Origin: Clostridia bacterium
GTDB lineage: Bacteria; Bacillota; Clostridia; UMGS1883; UMGS1540
NCBI GenBank assembly: GCA_017442155.1
Contig: JAFSAU010000038.1
Location: 57,685 to 121,684, forward strand
Direction of reading: 5' to 3'
DNA: 64,000 nucleotides
This document shows, in pieces, positions 8,448 to 17,483 of this stretch. The notes beneath the pieces were generated by a model that had not been told where the DNA came from, did not search any database, and was given only the letters and a program-made list of their open reading frames with translations. Within the stretch, counting starts at the first letter, position 1. Every line of letters starts with the position of its first letter. The position numbers and the translations under genes were made by a program.

Positions 8448-9295
8448 TGGATTTCCAGATAGGCCTTTAATTCCCCCAGCCGCCGCTCCGCTGTGCGCCT
8501 TCCCTCCAGGTAGACTTTGTGCAGTTTTTCCGGGTCCTTCTCCATATGCCCCACATCCAGCGACTCGGCGGGACGAAAGACAAAGGCCGCGCCTTTTTCC
8601 TCCTGCCTGCGGATGTATTGCACCGTTTCGTTATACATAGCCGGGCGTCCGGAGAGAGCCTCGGTGAGACCGGGAAAACGGCGGACAAAATGCCGGAGAA
8701 GCCGGGTGGAGCGATGCGCCGGCTTGCGGTAGCTGTCAGGCTGTGTCAATACAACCACATTTTTGTCATATCCAATTCCCTCGAAAAACCGGAGGGGAAT
8801 AGAATCAGCCAGTGCACCGTCCAGGAAAAAGCGTCCGTCAATTTTTACGGGTCTTGACACGAAGGGCATGGAAGCGGAGGCGCGGAGCCACAAAAGGTCC
8901 TCTCCGTTGCCCCGGTCGATGCGGCGGTACACAGCTTTCCCGGTTTCGGCGTCCGTGCAGACAGCATAGAAAACTACGGGATTTTCCCGGTATGTTTTTA
9001 TATCAAAGATATCCAGCGTTTCAGGTAATTCCCGGTAACAAAAATCGGCACCGTACAAATTACCGGTCCGAAGGAGAGACCGGATACTGCAATACCGCTT
9101 ATCCTGGCAGTATTTCATGTTATAGCGGACAACCCGGCCGATTTGCTTTGATTTGTAGTTGCAACCGAAAACAGCACCGGCCGAAACGCCCACGATGCCG
9201 TCATATACGATGCCGTTTTCCATCATGACATCCAGAATACCCGCTGTAAATAAGCCGCGCATGGCACCGCCTTCCAAGATAAGACCCTTTCGCAT
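8444..9295 (-). CDS. Patatin-like phospholipase
   Basis: EGGAMRG, GVSAG nucleophile, DGA motif, ASASMP. Confidence 0.9.
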   Translation of the reverse strand: MRKGLILEGGAMRGLFTAGILDVMMENGIVYDGIVGVSAGAVFGCNYKSKQIGRVVRYNMKYCQDKRYCSIRSLLRTGNLYGADFCYRELPETLDIFDIKTYRENPVVFYAVCTDAETGKAVYRRIDRGNGEDLLWLRASASMPFVSRPVKIDGRFFLDGALADSIPLRFFEGIGYDKNVVVLTQPDSYRKPAHRSTRLLRHFVRRFPGLTEALSGRPAMYNETVQYIRRQEEKGAAFVFRPAESLDVGHMEKDPEKLHKVYLEGRRTAERRLGELKAYLEIQ

Positions 9296-9376
9296 GTCGG
9301 TTCCTCCTTTTTTCTTATCAGTATAGCATAAAAGCGTTAGTTTGTCACCAGTTTTTAGAAAAAATTATTTTAGGGA

Positions 9377-9405
9377 TTGCAAAATGCGGAAAGTTATGGC
9401 ATAAT
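9377..9405 (+). promoter_or_regulatory. Sigma-A promoter of the NSS transporter
   Basis: TTGCAA-17 bp-(TGG)CATAAT. Confidence 0.55.
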
Positions 9406-9507
9406 AGTGTAAGGGTTTTAGTGCAGTAAGACTTGAACCCGATATGGTTTAAAAACATAAATTTATCATAATACTGCACTACCCCGTGATTTTTTGGAGG
9501 TTTTATA

Positions 9508-10860
9508 ATGAGCAACGAAAGAAGTAGTTTTACCGGTAAAATCGGATTTGTTCTGGCAGCTGCAGGTTCGGCAGTGGGGTTGGGGAATATCTGGCGTTTC
9601 CCCTATTTGGCGGCAAAATACGGCGGCGGGATATTTCTTTTTGTATATCTGATTTTATCTGTTACCTTTGGCTTTGCTTTGATGGTGACGGAAATTGCAA
9701 TCGGACGAAAGACGGGTCTGAGTGCGATTGGTGCTTACAAAAAGCTGAACAGTAAATTTTCATTTATCGGCTGGCTCGGGGCTTTGATTCCCATGATTAT
9801 TCTGCCGTATTATTCCGTCATCGGTGGCTGGGTCACAAAATATCTGTTTACGTTTATTGCAGGACCCGAGGCGGCGATGACGGGCGGAATGACGTTTTTC
9901 GGCAATTTTATTGCCCAGCCTGCAGAACCGCTTGCGTGGTTTCTGATTTTTCTTGGCATTACGGCAGCCGTTGTATTTCTGGGTGTGGAAAAGGGCGTTG
10001 AAAAAGTCAGCAAAATCATGATGCCCATTCTCATATTCCTGTCCGGTGTCATTGCTGTTTATTCCATGTGTCTGCCGGGTGCATGGGAGGGCGTCCTCTA
10101 TTACATAACTCCTGATTTTTCAAAATTTTCTATCCGGCTTGTTCTGGGGGCGATGGGACAACTGTTTTACTCCATGTCCCTTGCTATGGGAATTATGATT
10201 ACATACGGTTCATATATGAAAAAGGATGTAAATATTGAAAGCTCTGTTCATCAGATAGAAATTTTCGATACCGGCATTGCATTTTTAGCCGGTCTTATGA
10301 TTGTGCCGGCCACATATGTGTTTTCGGGCGGCGGTAATATTGATAAAGGCCCCGGCCTCATGTTCGGCACCCTTCCCCAGGTGTTTGAAGGGATGTTCGG
10401 GGGGCAGTTTATCGGGGCACTCTTTTTCCTGCTTGTCCTTTTTGCGGCACTGACCTCCTCCATTTCTCTGATGGAAACGGTGGTATCCATTGTGCAGGAT
10501 AAACTGCACTGGAAGCGTTCGACAAGCTGCCTGGTCGTTTTCCTCGGTGCACTTCTTTTGGGTGTGCCCTCTTCGCTCGGTAACGGACTCTGGAGCAGTG
10601 TGAAGCTTCTGGGCATGGACATTCTTTCCTTCTTTGACTTTCTTTCCAACAGTGTAATGATGCCGACGGTGGCACTGATGACCTGCGTTTTTGTCGGCTA
10701 TGTGCTAAAGCCTAAGGCTTTGATTGAGGAAGTGGAGCTTTCGTCCCGTTTCCGCGGCAAAAAGCTTTTTACCGTTATTGTAAAATATATTGCACCCATT
10801 TTTATTCTTCTGATTCTGGTTTCTTCTGTACTGGATGCACTGAAGATTGTTACCATCTGA
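9508..10860 (+). CDS. Sodium-dependent transporter, NSS/SNF family (probable amino acid symporter)
   Basis: GSAVGLGNIWRFPY, GGGIFL, QLFYSMS, GPGL.F, AALTSSISL. Confidence 0.93.
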   Translation: MSNERSSFTGKIGFVLAAAGSAVGLGNIWRFPYLAAKYGGGIFLFVYLILSVTFGFALMVTEIAIGRKTGLSAIGAYKKLNSKFSFIGWLGALIPMIILPYYSVIGGWVTKYLFTFIAGPEAAMTGGMTFFGNFIAQPAEPLAWFLIFLGITAAVVFLGVEKGVEKVSKIMMPILIFLSGVIAVYSMCLPGAWEGVLYYITPDFSKFSIRLVLGAMGQLFYSMSLAMGIMITYGSYMKKDVNIESSVHQIEIFDTGIAFLAGLMIVPATYVFSGGGNIDKGPGLMFGTLPQVFEGMFGGQFIGALFFLLVLFAALTSSISLMETVVSIVQDKLHWKRSTSCLVVFLGALLLGVPSSLGNGLWSSVKLLGMDILSFFDFLSNSVMMPTVALMTCVFVGYVLKPKALIEEVELSSRFRGKKLFTVIVKYIAPIFILLILVSSVLDALKIVTI

Positions 10861-10866
10861 AAAGTA

Positions 10867-10905
10867 AGCCGTAATAAGTTTTTTGATTTATTACGGCTTT
10901 TCGTG
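10867..10905 (+). terminator. Rho-independent terminator
   Basis: AAGCCGTAATAA...TTATTACGGCTT + TT. Confidence 0.7.
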
Positions 10906-10914
10906 CTTTTTTGC

Positions 10915-10943
10915 TTGCAAAAAAAGAAGAAAAATGATATAAT
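10915..10943 (+). promoter_or_regulatory. Sigma-A promoter of the LicD-like gene
   Basis: TTGCAA-17 bp-(TGA)TATAAT. Confidence 0.7.
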
Positions 10944-10973
10944 ATATCGAATGGACAAAAGGAGGAAGAAGCA

Positions 10974-11708
10974 ATGCAGTGTGCAGTAAGCGATGTGCAG
11001 AACATACAGCTCGGAATTTTAAAAACATGCCGTGATATTTGTCAGCGGTATGGTCTTACGTATTTTCTGTTCGGAGATACACTACGCGGTGCAGTGCGCG
11101 GCGGCAAATTTCTGTCTGGAAGTACCGAGGCGGCATTGTTGATGCCGTCGGGGGATTTGAAAAACTTCTGTGCTTATTTTGCCAGAGAAGCACCCGAGGG
11201 GCTGTTTTTATCCTGCGTAGAGACGGAAAAGGAGTATCCGTATCTTACTGTCCGTGTCCGCAAGGATAATACGGTGGGGGAGGCAGAGCGGTTGCTTGGG
11301 CTTTCCGGCCATCACGGCATTTCGGTTTCCTTGTACCCCTATTACCCCATGGAGGTGGGGCGGCTGGCAAGACCCTGCACAAAGGCATATGTGTGGCTGG
11401 CAGAACGGCTTTTGGGGGCATCGCTTGTATCGTGCCTTGAGAAGCCGGTATTACTGGATACGATATTTGCTAAAATTCCGATAGAAAAGCGTCTGGCGTG
11501 GGCAGGAAAAGCTGTGCGGAAGCTGGAAAAAGGAAGTAAAAAGAGTATGCAGGTTTGTGTTCCGCTGGGCGGTGCTGTCTTTTTCTGGCGGGAAGCACTC
11601 GGCGAGGAAGAAACGTTTGTGGCTACGCTTTCCGGAGAGGAATTCCGGGTGCCGGACCGCAAAGAAGTGTTTTTGAACATGGCCGTGCCGGAGGGGAAAA
11701 GCGGCTGA
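10974..11708 (+). CDS. LicD-family-like protein with degenerate catalytic motifs
   Basis: Q..QL.IL....DIC..YGL.YFL.G.TL.GAVR.G.F matches the LicD N-terminus, but the usual WDDDID reads GSTEAA. Confidence 0.65.
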   Translation: MQCAVSDVQNIQLGILKTCRDICQRYGLTYFLFGDTLRGAVRGGKFLSGSTEAALLMPSGDLKNFCAYFAREAPEGLFLSCVETEKEYPYLTVRVRKDNTVGEAERLLGLSGHHGISVSLYPYYPMEVGRLARPCTKAYVWLAERLLGASLVSCLEKPVLLDTIFAKIPIEKRLAWAGKAVRKLEKGSKKSMQVCVPLGGAVFFWREALGEEETFVATLSGEEFRVPDRKEVFLNMAVPEGKSG

Positions 11709-11868
11709 CGGGAGAAATGCTATGGAAAACAGTTGCCGGGGAAGAGAAAAAGAATAAAAAACCTACCGGAAAGCAGTAGGAATTTCTACAAAAAAAGACA
11801 GACTTTTGCAAGATTTTTTGGCATTATGTCATTTTTGAAAATTTTTTGTTTTTTCTTGCAAAAAAGAC

Positions 11869-11897
11869 TTGATAAATTTTTAACAATGTGATATAAA
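11869..11897 (+). promoter_or_regulatory. Sigma-A promoter overlapped by a Rex operator
   Basis: TTGATAA-ATTT-TTAACAA (11869-11886) has one mismatch to the clostridial Rex palindrome TTGTTAA-N4-TTAACAA; -35 TTGATA, 17 bp, extended -10 TGaTATAAA. Confidence 0.7.
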
Positions 11898-11958
11898 TTA
11901 TATAGACCATAAAAGAAATAAAAAAGGCGAAAGCCAAGAAAAAGAAAGGGCGAAGGGT

Positions 11959-12906
11959 ATGAGCAAAATTACCATTATCGGTGCCGGCAGCGTCGGCTCC
12001 ACAATCGCGTACACGCTTTCTACGGAAAGCCTGGCCACAGAAATTGTGATGATTGACATCGACAAGAAAAAGGCCGGCGGAGAGGTTATGGATATTATGC
12101 AGGGCACCAGCTTCCGGGATGCCATTTCCATCACCAGCGGCGACTATGAGGACGCCAAGGGCTCTGATATTGTTATTATTACGTCGGGTGTTGCAAGAAA
12201 ACCGGGTCAGACGCGAATAGACCTGGCACAGACCAACGTAAATATTATCAAAGACATTGCACCGAAGATTGCAAAGGTGGCACCGGATGCGCTGTATATT
12301 ATTGTAAGTAACCCGGTGGATATTATCACCTATGTATTTATGAAGAAATCGGGCCTGCCGGAAAGACAGATTCTGGGCTCCGGTACACTGCTGGACACTT
12401 CCCGTCTGCGTCATGCACTTTCTGAGCATTTCGGCGTAGCACAGAAGAGCATTCATGCTTATATCTTCGGTGAGCACGGTGATACCTCGTTTGTACCCTG
12501 GTCCTGCGCCCGTATTTCTGCGGTAGGCGTGGAAGAATATACAAAGCTTGCAAGAGCATGCGGTGACAATCTCCCGCCCATGGACACAGAGATGATTGAA
12601 GAGCGTGTCCGCAGATCCGGCGGTATGATTATTGAGGGCAAGGGTGCTACCTTCTATGCCGTAGCCATGAGTGTATGCCGTCTGTGCAGCATCCTGGTTG
12701 CGCCGAAAACTTCTATTGTAACGGTTTCCACCATGATGCATGGCGAATACGACCTGGAGGATGTATGTCTCAGCACACTGACACGCATCGGTCCCGGCGG
12801 GGTAATCGGTAAGCTGCCCATTCCGCTCAATGAAGAGGAATATGCAAAGCTGCATAAGAGTGCAAATGCACTGAAGGACGTAATCAATCAGTTAGACCTT
12901 GCATAA
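11959..12906 (+). CDS. mdh: LDH/MDH-family dehydrogenase, probably malate dehydrogenase
   Basis: GAGSVG, NPVD, LDTSR, GEHGD; specificity loop GVARKPG has Arg (MDH) rather than Gln (LDH); heads an operon with fumarase and fumarate reductase. Confidence 0.75.
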   Translation: MSKITIIGAGSVGSTIAYTLSTESLATEIVMIDIDKKKAGGEVMDIMQGTSFRDAISITSGDYEDAKGSDIVIITSGVARKPGQTRIDLAQTNVNIIKDIAPKIAKVAPDALYIIVSNPVDIITYVFMKKSGLPERQILGSGTLLDTSRLRHALSEHFGVAQKSIHAYIFGEHGDTSFVPWSCARISAVGVEEYTKLARACGDNLPPMDTEMIEERVRRSGGMIIEGKGATFYAVAMSVCRLCSILVAPKTSIVTVSTMMHGEYDLEDVCLSTLTRIGPGGVIGKLPIPLNEEEYAKLHKSANALKDVINQLDLA

Positions 12907-12924
12907 ATTAAGGGGGCGAAAATA

Positions 12925-13713
12925 ATGAATTATAGCTATTACCCGGGTTGCACACTGCGCACGAAGGCAAAGGCGTTGGATGTCTATGCCAGACGGTCGG
13001 CAGAAGCACTGGGCTTTACGCTTGAAGAAATAGAGGACTGGCAGTGCTGCGGCGGTGTCTACCCTATGGGTAGTGACGAAATTGCCACAAAGCTTTCCTC
13101 TGTACGTGCACTTTGTGCCGCCAGGGAGAAGGGGCAGCCGGTGGTGACACTCTGTTCGGCTTGTCACCATGTTTTAAAGCGTGTAAACGACGATATGAAA
13201 AACGTTCCGAAAATCCGGGACGCGGCGAATGCTTATATGGGGGAAGAAGTACCCTATACAGGCGAAACTGAGGTGCTTCATTTCCTGGAGGTGCTTCGGG
13301 ATAAGGTGGGCTTTGATACGCTTGCCGGGAAAGTGAAAAACCCGTTGACGGGCAGAAAGATAGGAGCCTATTATGGTTGTCTCCTGCTCCGGCCCGGTCA
13401 GGTGATGGGCTTTGATGACCCGGAAAACCCGAAAATAATTGAGGACTTTATCCGGGCAATCGGTGCTGAGCCCGTAACCTATGGTATGCGGAACGAATGC
13501 TGCGGCGGCTATATTTCCCTCCGGGAGGGTGAGACAGCAAAGAAAATGAGTGACAGCATTATGGAAAATGCCGCGGACCAGGGCGCAGAAATGCTGGTGA
13601 CGGCATGTCCGCTCTGTATGTATAACTTAAATAAGAGTGAAAAATTACCGGTATATTACTTTACCGAGCTTCTGGCAGAAGCCCTCGGTGTAAAGGAGGC
13701 GGCAGAGGCATGA
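12925..13713 (+). CDS. hdrB: Heterodisulfide reductase subunit B-like
   Basis: Two CCG domains: YYPGC..CCGG..CSAC and YYGC..CCGG..CPLC. Confidence 0.9.
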   Translation: MNYSYYPGCTLRTKAKALDVYARRSAEALGFTLEEIEDWQCCGGVYPMGSDEIATKLSSVRALCAAREKGQPVVTLCSACHHVLKRVNDDMKNVPKIRDAANAYMGEEVPYTGETEVLHFLEVLRDKVGFDTLAGKVKNPLTGRKIGAYYGCLLLRPGQVMGFDDPENPKIIEDFIRAIGAEPVTYGMRNECCGGYISLREGETAKKMSDSIMENAADQGAEMLVTACPLCMYNLNKSEKLPVYYFTELLAEALGVKEAAEA

Positions 13714-14096
13714 AAAAGAATCAGACAGAACTGATACGTGAAATCAGCGGGGTCAATCCCTTAAAGTGCATGAAGTGCGGCAAGTGTTCTGCTTCCTGCC
13801 CGTCATATGACGAAATGGATATTAAACCCCATCAGTTTGTTTCGTATGTACTGCGTGACGATATAGAGGCACTGGCAAATTCCAAGTCTCTCTGGAAATG
13901 TCTTTCCTGCTTTGCGTGTGTGGAACGCTGTCCCAGAAATGTGGAGCCTGCAAAGCTTATCGATGCGGCCCGTCAGCTGGTAATCCGCCAGCGGGGAACG
14001 GAGGAAGGGCTTTCTCCGGACGAAATTCCGGCCCTTCTCGACGAAGATATGCCCCAGCAGCTTTTAGTCAGTGCATTCAGAAGATACAGGAGGTGA
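13710..14096 (+). CDS. hdrC: Heterodisulfide reductase subunit C-like
   Basis: CMKCGKCSASCP and CLSCFACVERCP; ATGA overlap with hdrB. Confidence 0.9.
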   Translation: MKKNQTELIREISGVNPLKCMKCGKCSASCPSYDEMDIKPHQFVSYVLRDDIEALANSKSLWKCLSCFACVERCPRNVEPAKLIDAARQLVIRQRGTEEGLSPDEIPALLDEDMPQQLLVSAFRRYRR

Positions 14097-14102
14097 TGAA
14101 AG

Positions 14103-16090
14103 GTGCAGAAAATCGGTGTATTTGTCTGTCATTGCGGCAGTAACATTGCGGCAACCGTAGATGTAAAACGAGTTGTGGAAGAAGTGAAGAAGGAGCAGGG
14201 CGTTGTACACGCAGAGGATTATCCCTATATGTGCTCCGAAGCCGGTCAGGCCCTGATTGCCGCGGCGATTAAAGAGAAAAATTTGGGCGGTATCGTGGTA
14301 TGCTCCTGTTCGCCCCGTATGCATGAAGCCACCTTCCGTAAGGCGGCAGAGCGTGCAGGTCTCAACCCTTATATGGTGGAGATTGCCAACATCCGCGAGC
14401 ATTGCTCCTGGATTCATAAGGATATGGAGGAGGCCACGGAAAAGGCGGTCATTCTGGCCCGTGCGGCCATTGCAAAGGTGCATCTTAACGCGCACCTGTA
14501 TCCCGGAGAGAGTGCCGTTACCAAACGTGCTCTCGTCATCGGCGGCGGTATCGCCGGGATTCAGACGGCACTGGATATTGCCGACGCCGGCTATGAAGTT
14601 GATATTGTAGAAAAAACGCCCAGCATCGGCGGCAGAATGAGTCAGCTTGACAAAACCTTCCCGACGCTGGACTGTTCGGCCTGTATTCTTACCCCCAAAA
14701 TGGTGGAAGCGGCCGCCCATGAAAATATCAATATCTTTACCTACAGTGAGGTGGAGAATGTTTCCGGCTTCGTTGGTGACTTTTCTGTGGACATCCGCAA
14801 GAAAGCCAGAAGCGTGGATATAAATAAATGTACCGGTTGCGGCCTTTGCCAGGAAAATGTCCTTCCAAGAAATCCCTGAGCGAATTTAACCGCGGCCTTA
14901 ACACGAGAAGTGCAATTTACACGCCTTTTGCCCAGGCTATACCGAATGTGCCTGTCATTGACCGGGAAAGCTGTATCAAGTTTAAAACCGGAAAATGCGG
15001 TCTTTGCGAAAAGGTCTGTCAGGCAGGGGCTATCGACTATACACAGCAGGATGAGATTATCACCCGCCAGTACGGTGCCATTGTGGTTGCCACCGGCTTT
15101 GATACAATCAAGCTGGACAAATACGGCGAGTATGCCTATAATGAAAGCCCGGATGTTATTACCTCTCTGGAGCTGGAGCGCGTGATGAACGCCGCAGGCC
15201 CCACCAAGGGACATCTGGAACGCCTTTCTGACGGAAAGCACCCGAAGGAAATCGTGTTTATCCAGTGTGTAGGCAGCCGCTGCGATGACCACAGAGGAAA
15301 GCCCTACTGCTCGAAAATCTGTTGTATGTACACGGCGAAACATGCCATGCTCATCCGTGATAAGTACCCGGATGTGAACGTGACTGTCTTTTATATTGAC
15401 GTGCGTACTCCCGGTAAGAATTTTGACGAGTTCTATCGCCGCGCGGTGGAGGAATACGGTGTAAATTATATTAAGGGTCAGGTGGGCAAGGTTGTGCCGC
15501 AGGCCGACGGCAGTCTCCTGGTACAGGGGTCAGACCTTCTCGACGGCAAGCAGATTAAAATGAAAGCGGACATGGTAGTGCTGGCCACGGCCATTGAGCC
15601 GGACCCGTCTGTACGAAAGATTGCTACTATGCTGACTGCCAGCATTGATACAAATAACTTCCTGACGGAAGCCCATCCGAAGCTTCGTCCGGTGGAATCT
15701 CCCACAGCAGGTGTGTTCCTCTCCGGCGTGTGCCAGGGACCGAAGGATATTCCGGAAACCGTTTCCCAGGCGGGGGCGGCGGCCGTGAAGGTCATCGGTT
15801 TGCTTGCAAAGGATAAGCTGACGACCAATCCGTGCACAGCCCGGTCTGATACGCTTCTCTGTAACGGCTGTAGCGTGTGCCAGAATGTATGTCCCTACGG
15901 GGCTATCAGCTATGAAGAAAAAGAAGTCAATGATCACGGCATCCGTGAAACCCGCCGCGTAGCGGTCGTAAACGGTGCTCTGTGTCAGGGCTGCGGTGCC
16001 TGTACCGTTGCCTGCCCGTCGGGTGCTATGGACCTGCAGGGCTTCTCAAACAGACAAATTATTGCGGAGGTGGATGCGATATGTCGGTAG
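14103..16090 (+). CDS. hdrA: Heterodisulfide reductase subunit A, split by a frameshift at ~14857 (assembly error or pseudogene)
   Basis: ORFs 14103..14879 (IGVFVCHCG, CSCSP, GGGIAG, FPTLDC) and 14828..16090 (QCVGSR, CSKICC, GPKDIP, two ferredoxin motifs); one extra A in the run 14854-14857 restores CTGCGLCQEKCP and a 662-aa frame. Confidence 0.9.
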
Positions 16091-16518
16091 CAACAGAATT
16101 TAAACCTAAAATCGTTGCCTTTTGCTGTAACTGGTGCAGCTATGCCGGGGCGGACCTGGCCGGCTCAAGCCGCCTGGCTTACCCGGCGGATGTGAAAATT
16201 ATCCGTGTGCCCTGCTCCTGCAGAGTCAACCCCATGTTTATTCTCCGCGCCTTTGAAAAGGGTGCAGACGGGGTAATCCTCTGTGGCTGTCATCCCGGTG
16301 ACTGCCATTATTCCACGGGCAACTTTTATGCAAGAAGAAGAATGACCCTTCTGTTCTCCCTGCTTGACTATCTGGGCGTAGAGGAAGGCCGTACCCGGGT
16401 GGAATGGGTATCGGCGGCAGAGGGCGTTAAGTTCTCGCAGACGATGAACGAATTTGTTGAAAAAATCCGTTCCCTCGGTGAAAATGTAAGATTGGGGGAT
16501 TTACGATGCAAGAATTAG
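16081..16518 (+). CDS. flxD: MvhD/FlxD [2Fe-2S] subunit
   Basis: FCCNWCSY, RVPCS, GADGV..CGCHPGDCHY, WVSAAEG; RBS GGAGG. Confidence 0.9.
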   Translation: MSVATEFKPKIVAFCCNWCSYAGADLAGSSRLAYPADVKIIRVPCSCRVNPMFILRAFEKGADGVILCGCHPGDCHYSTGNFYARRRMTLLFSLLDYLGVEEGRTRVEWVSAAEGVKFSQTMNEFVEKIRSLGENVRLGDLRCKN

Positions 16519-17480
16519 TAAACCGCGCAAAAGCACTGCTGGCAGACGGTACCGTACAGCGGGTGCTCGGCTGGAAAATGGGCGACCTTGCCTATAATCC
16601 GGAGCCGGCCTTCTTTGAAAACGAGGAAGCCCTGTCTGATTTTGTGTACAACAGCTTTTGCGGTGCAAATCTCAGTAAATATATGATTGAAGCCTCCAAA
16701 AAGGAGGGCAAAACCCTGGTGTTCTTAAAGCCCTGCGACACCTACAGCTTTAACCAGCTTTTAAAGGAACATCGCATTCTGCGCGAAAAGGCTTATATTA
16801 TCGGTGTAGGCTGCACGGGAAAAATCAGCGGCGAAAGGATTAAGGAGGCAGGTATCCGCGGCATTATCGCAGTGGAAGGGGCCGATGCATTTGCGCCCGC
16901 TGAAACCCTGCAGGTAAAGACCCTGTACGGCGACCGCGAAATCGCGTACAAGGATGCTATGCTGGAGCGTTGCCATGTCTGCAAGGGTAAGGAACACAAA
17001 ATCTATGATGAAATTATCGGCGAAAGCCGCGATACGGCAGACAGCGACCGGATGGAAAAGGTGCGCGAGATAGAAGCAATGTCTCCCGAAGAAAAGTTTG
17101 CCTTCTTCCAGAATGAGCTGTCCCGGTGCATCCGCTGTAATGCCTGCCGGAACGTATGCCCTGCCTGCAGTTGCCGCAAGTGCGTGTTCGACAGCACAAA
17201 GTTCGACAGTGCCCAGAAGGCAAATGTGGATTCTTTTGAGGAAAAGATGTTCCATGTTATCCGTGCTTTCCATGTGGCGGGCAGATGTACTGACTGCGGT
17301 GAGTGCAGTCGCGTGTGTCCCCAGAACATTCCGCTCCACCTCTTTAACCGGAAGCTGATTTCTGATATAAACGAATTTTATGGTGAATACCAGGCCGGTG
17401 AGGACGATACAACAGTCGGACCGCTGACAGCATTCACCACGGACGATATCGAGCCTTCTGACGCTCGGGAAAGGGGCTAA
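16506..17480 (+). CDS. flxC: FlxC-like iron-sulfur subunit
   Basis: KPCD, CIRCNACRNVCPACSC, AGRCTDCGECSRVCP; position after flxD. Confidence 0.75.
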   Translation: MQELVNRAKALLADGTVQRVLGWKMGDLAYNPEPAFFENEEALSDFVYNSFCGANLSKYMIEASKKEGKTLVFLKPCDTYSFNQLLKEHRILREKAYIIGVGCTGKISGERIKEAGIRGIIAVEGADAFAPAETLQVKTLYGDREIAYKDAMLERCHVCKGKEHKIYDEIIGESRDTADSDRMEKVREIEAMSPEEKFAFFQNELSRCIRCNACRNVCPACSCRKCVFDSTKFDSAQKANVDSFEEKMFHVIRAFHVAGRCTDCGECSRVCPQNIPLHLFNRKLISDINEFYGEYQAGEDDTTVGPLTAFTTDDIEPSDARERG

Positions 17481-17483
17481 GGC

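Noticed and set aside
9431-9470. GATATGG loop reminiscent of a purine riboswitch
   Set aside because: Lacks the UUUCUACC junction and the CCGUAAA loop.
14845-14880. Programmed -1 frameshift or selenocysteine in hdrA/flxD
   Set aside because: No X XXY YYZ heptamer in frame and no in-frame TGA at Cys positions.
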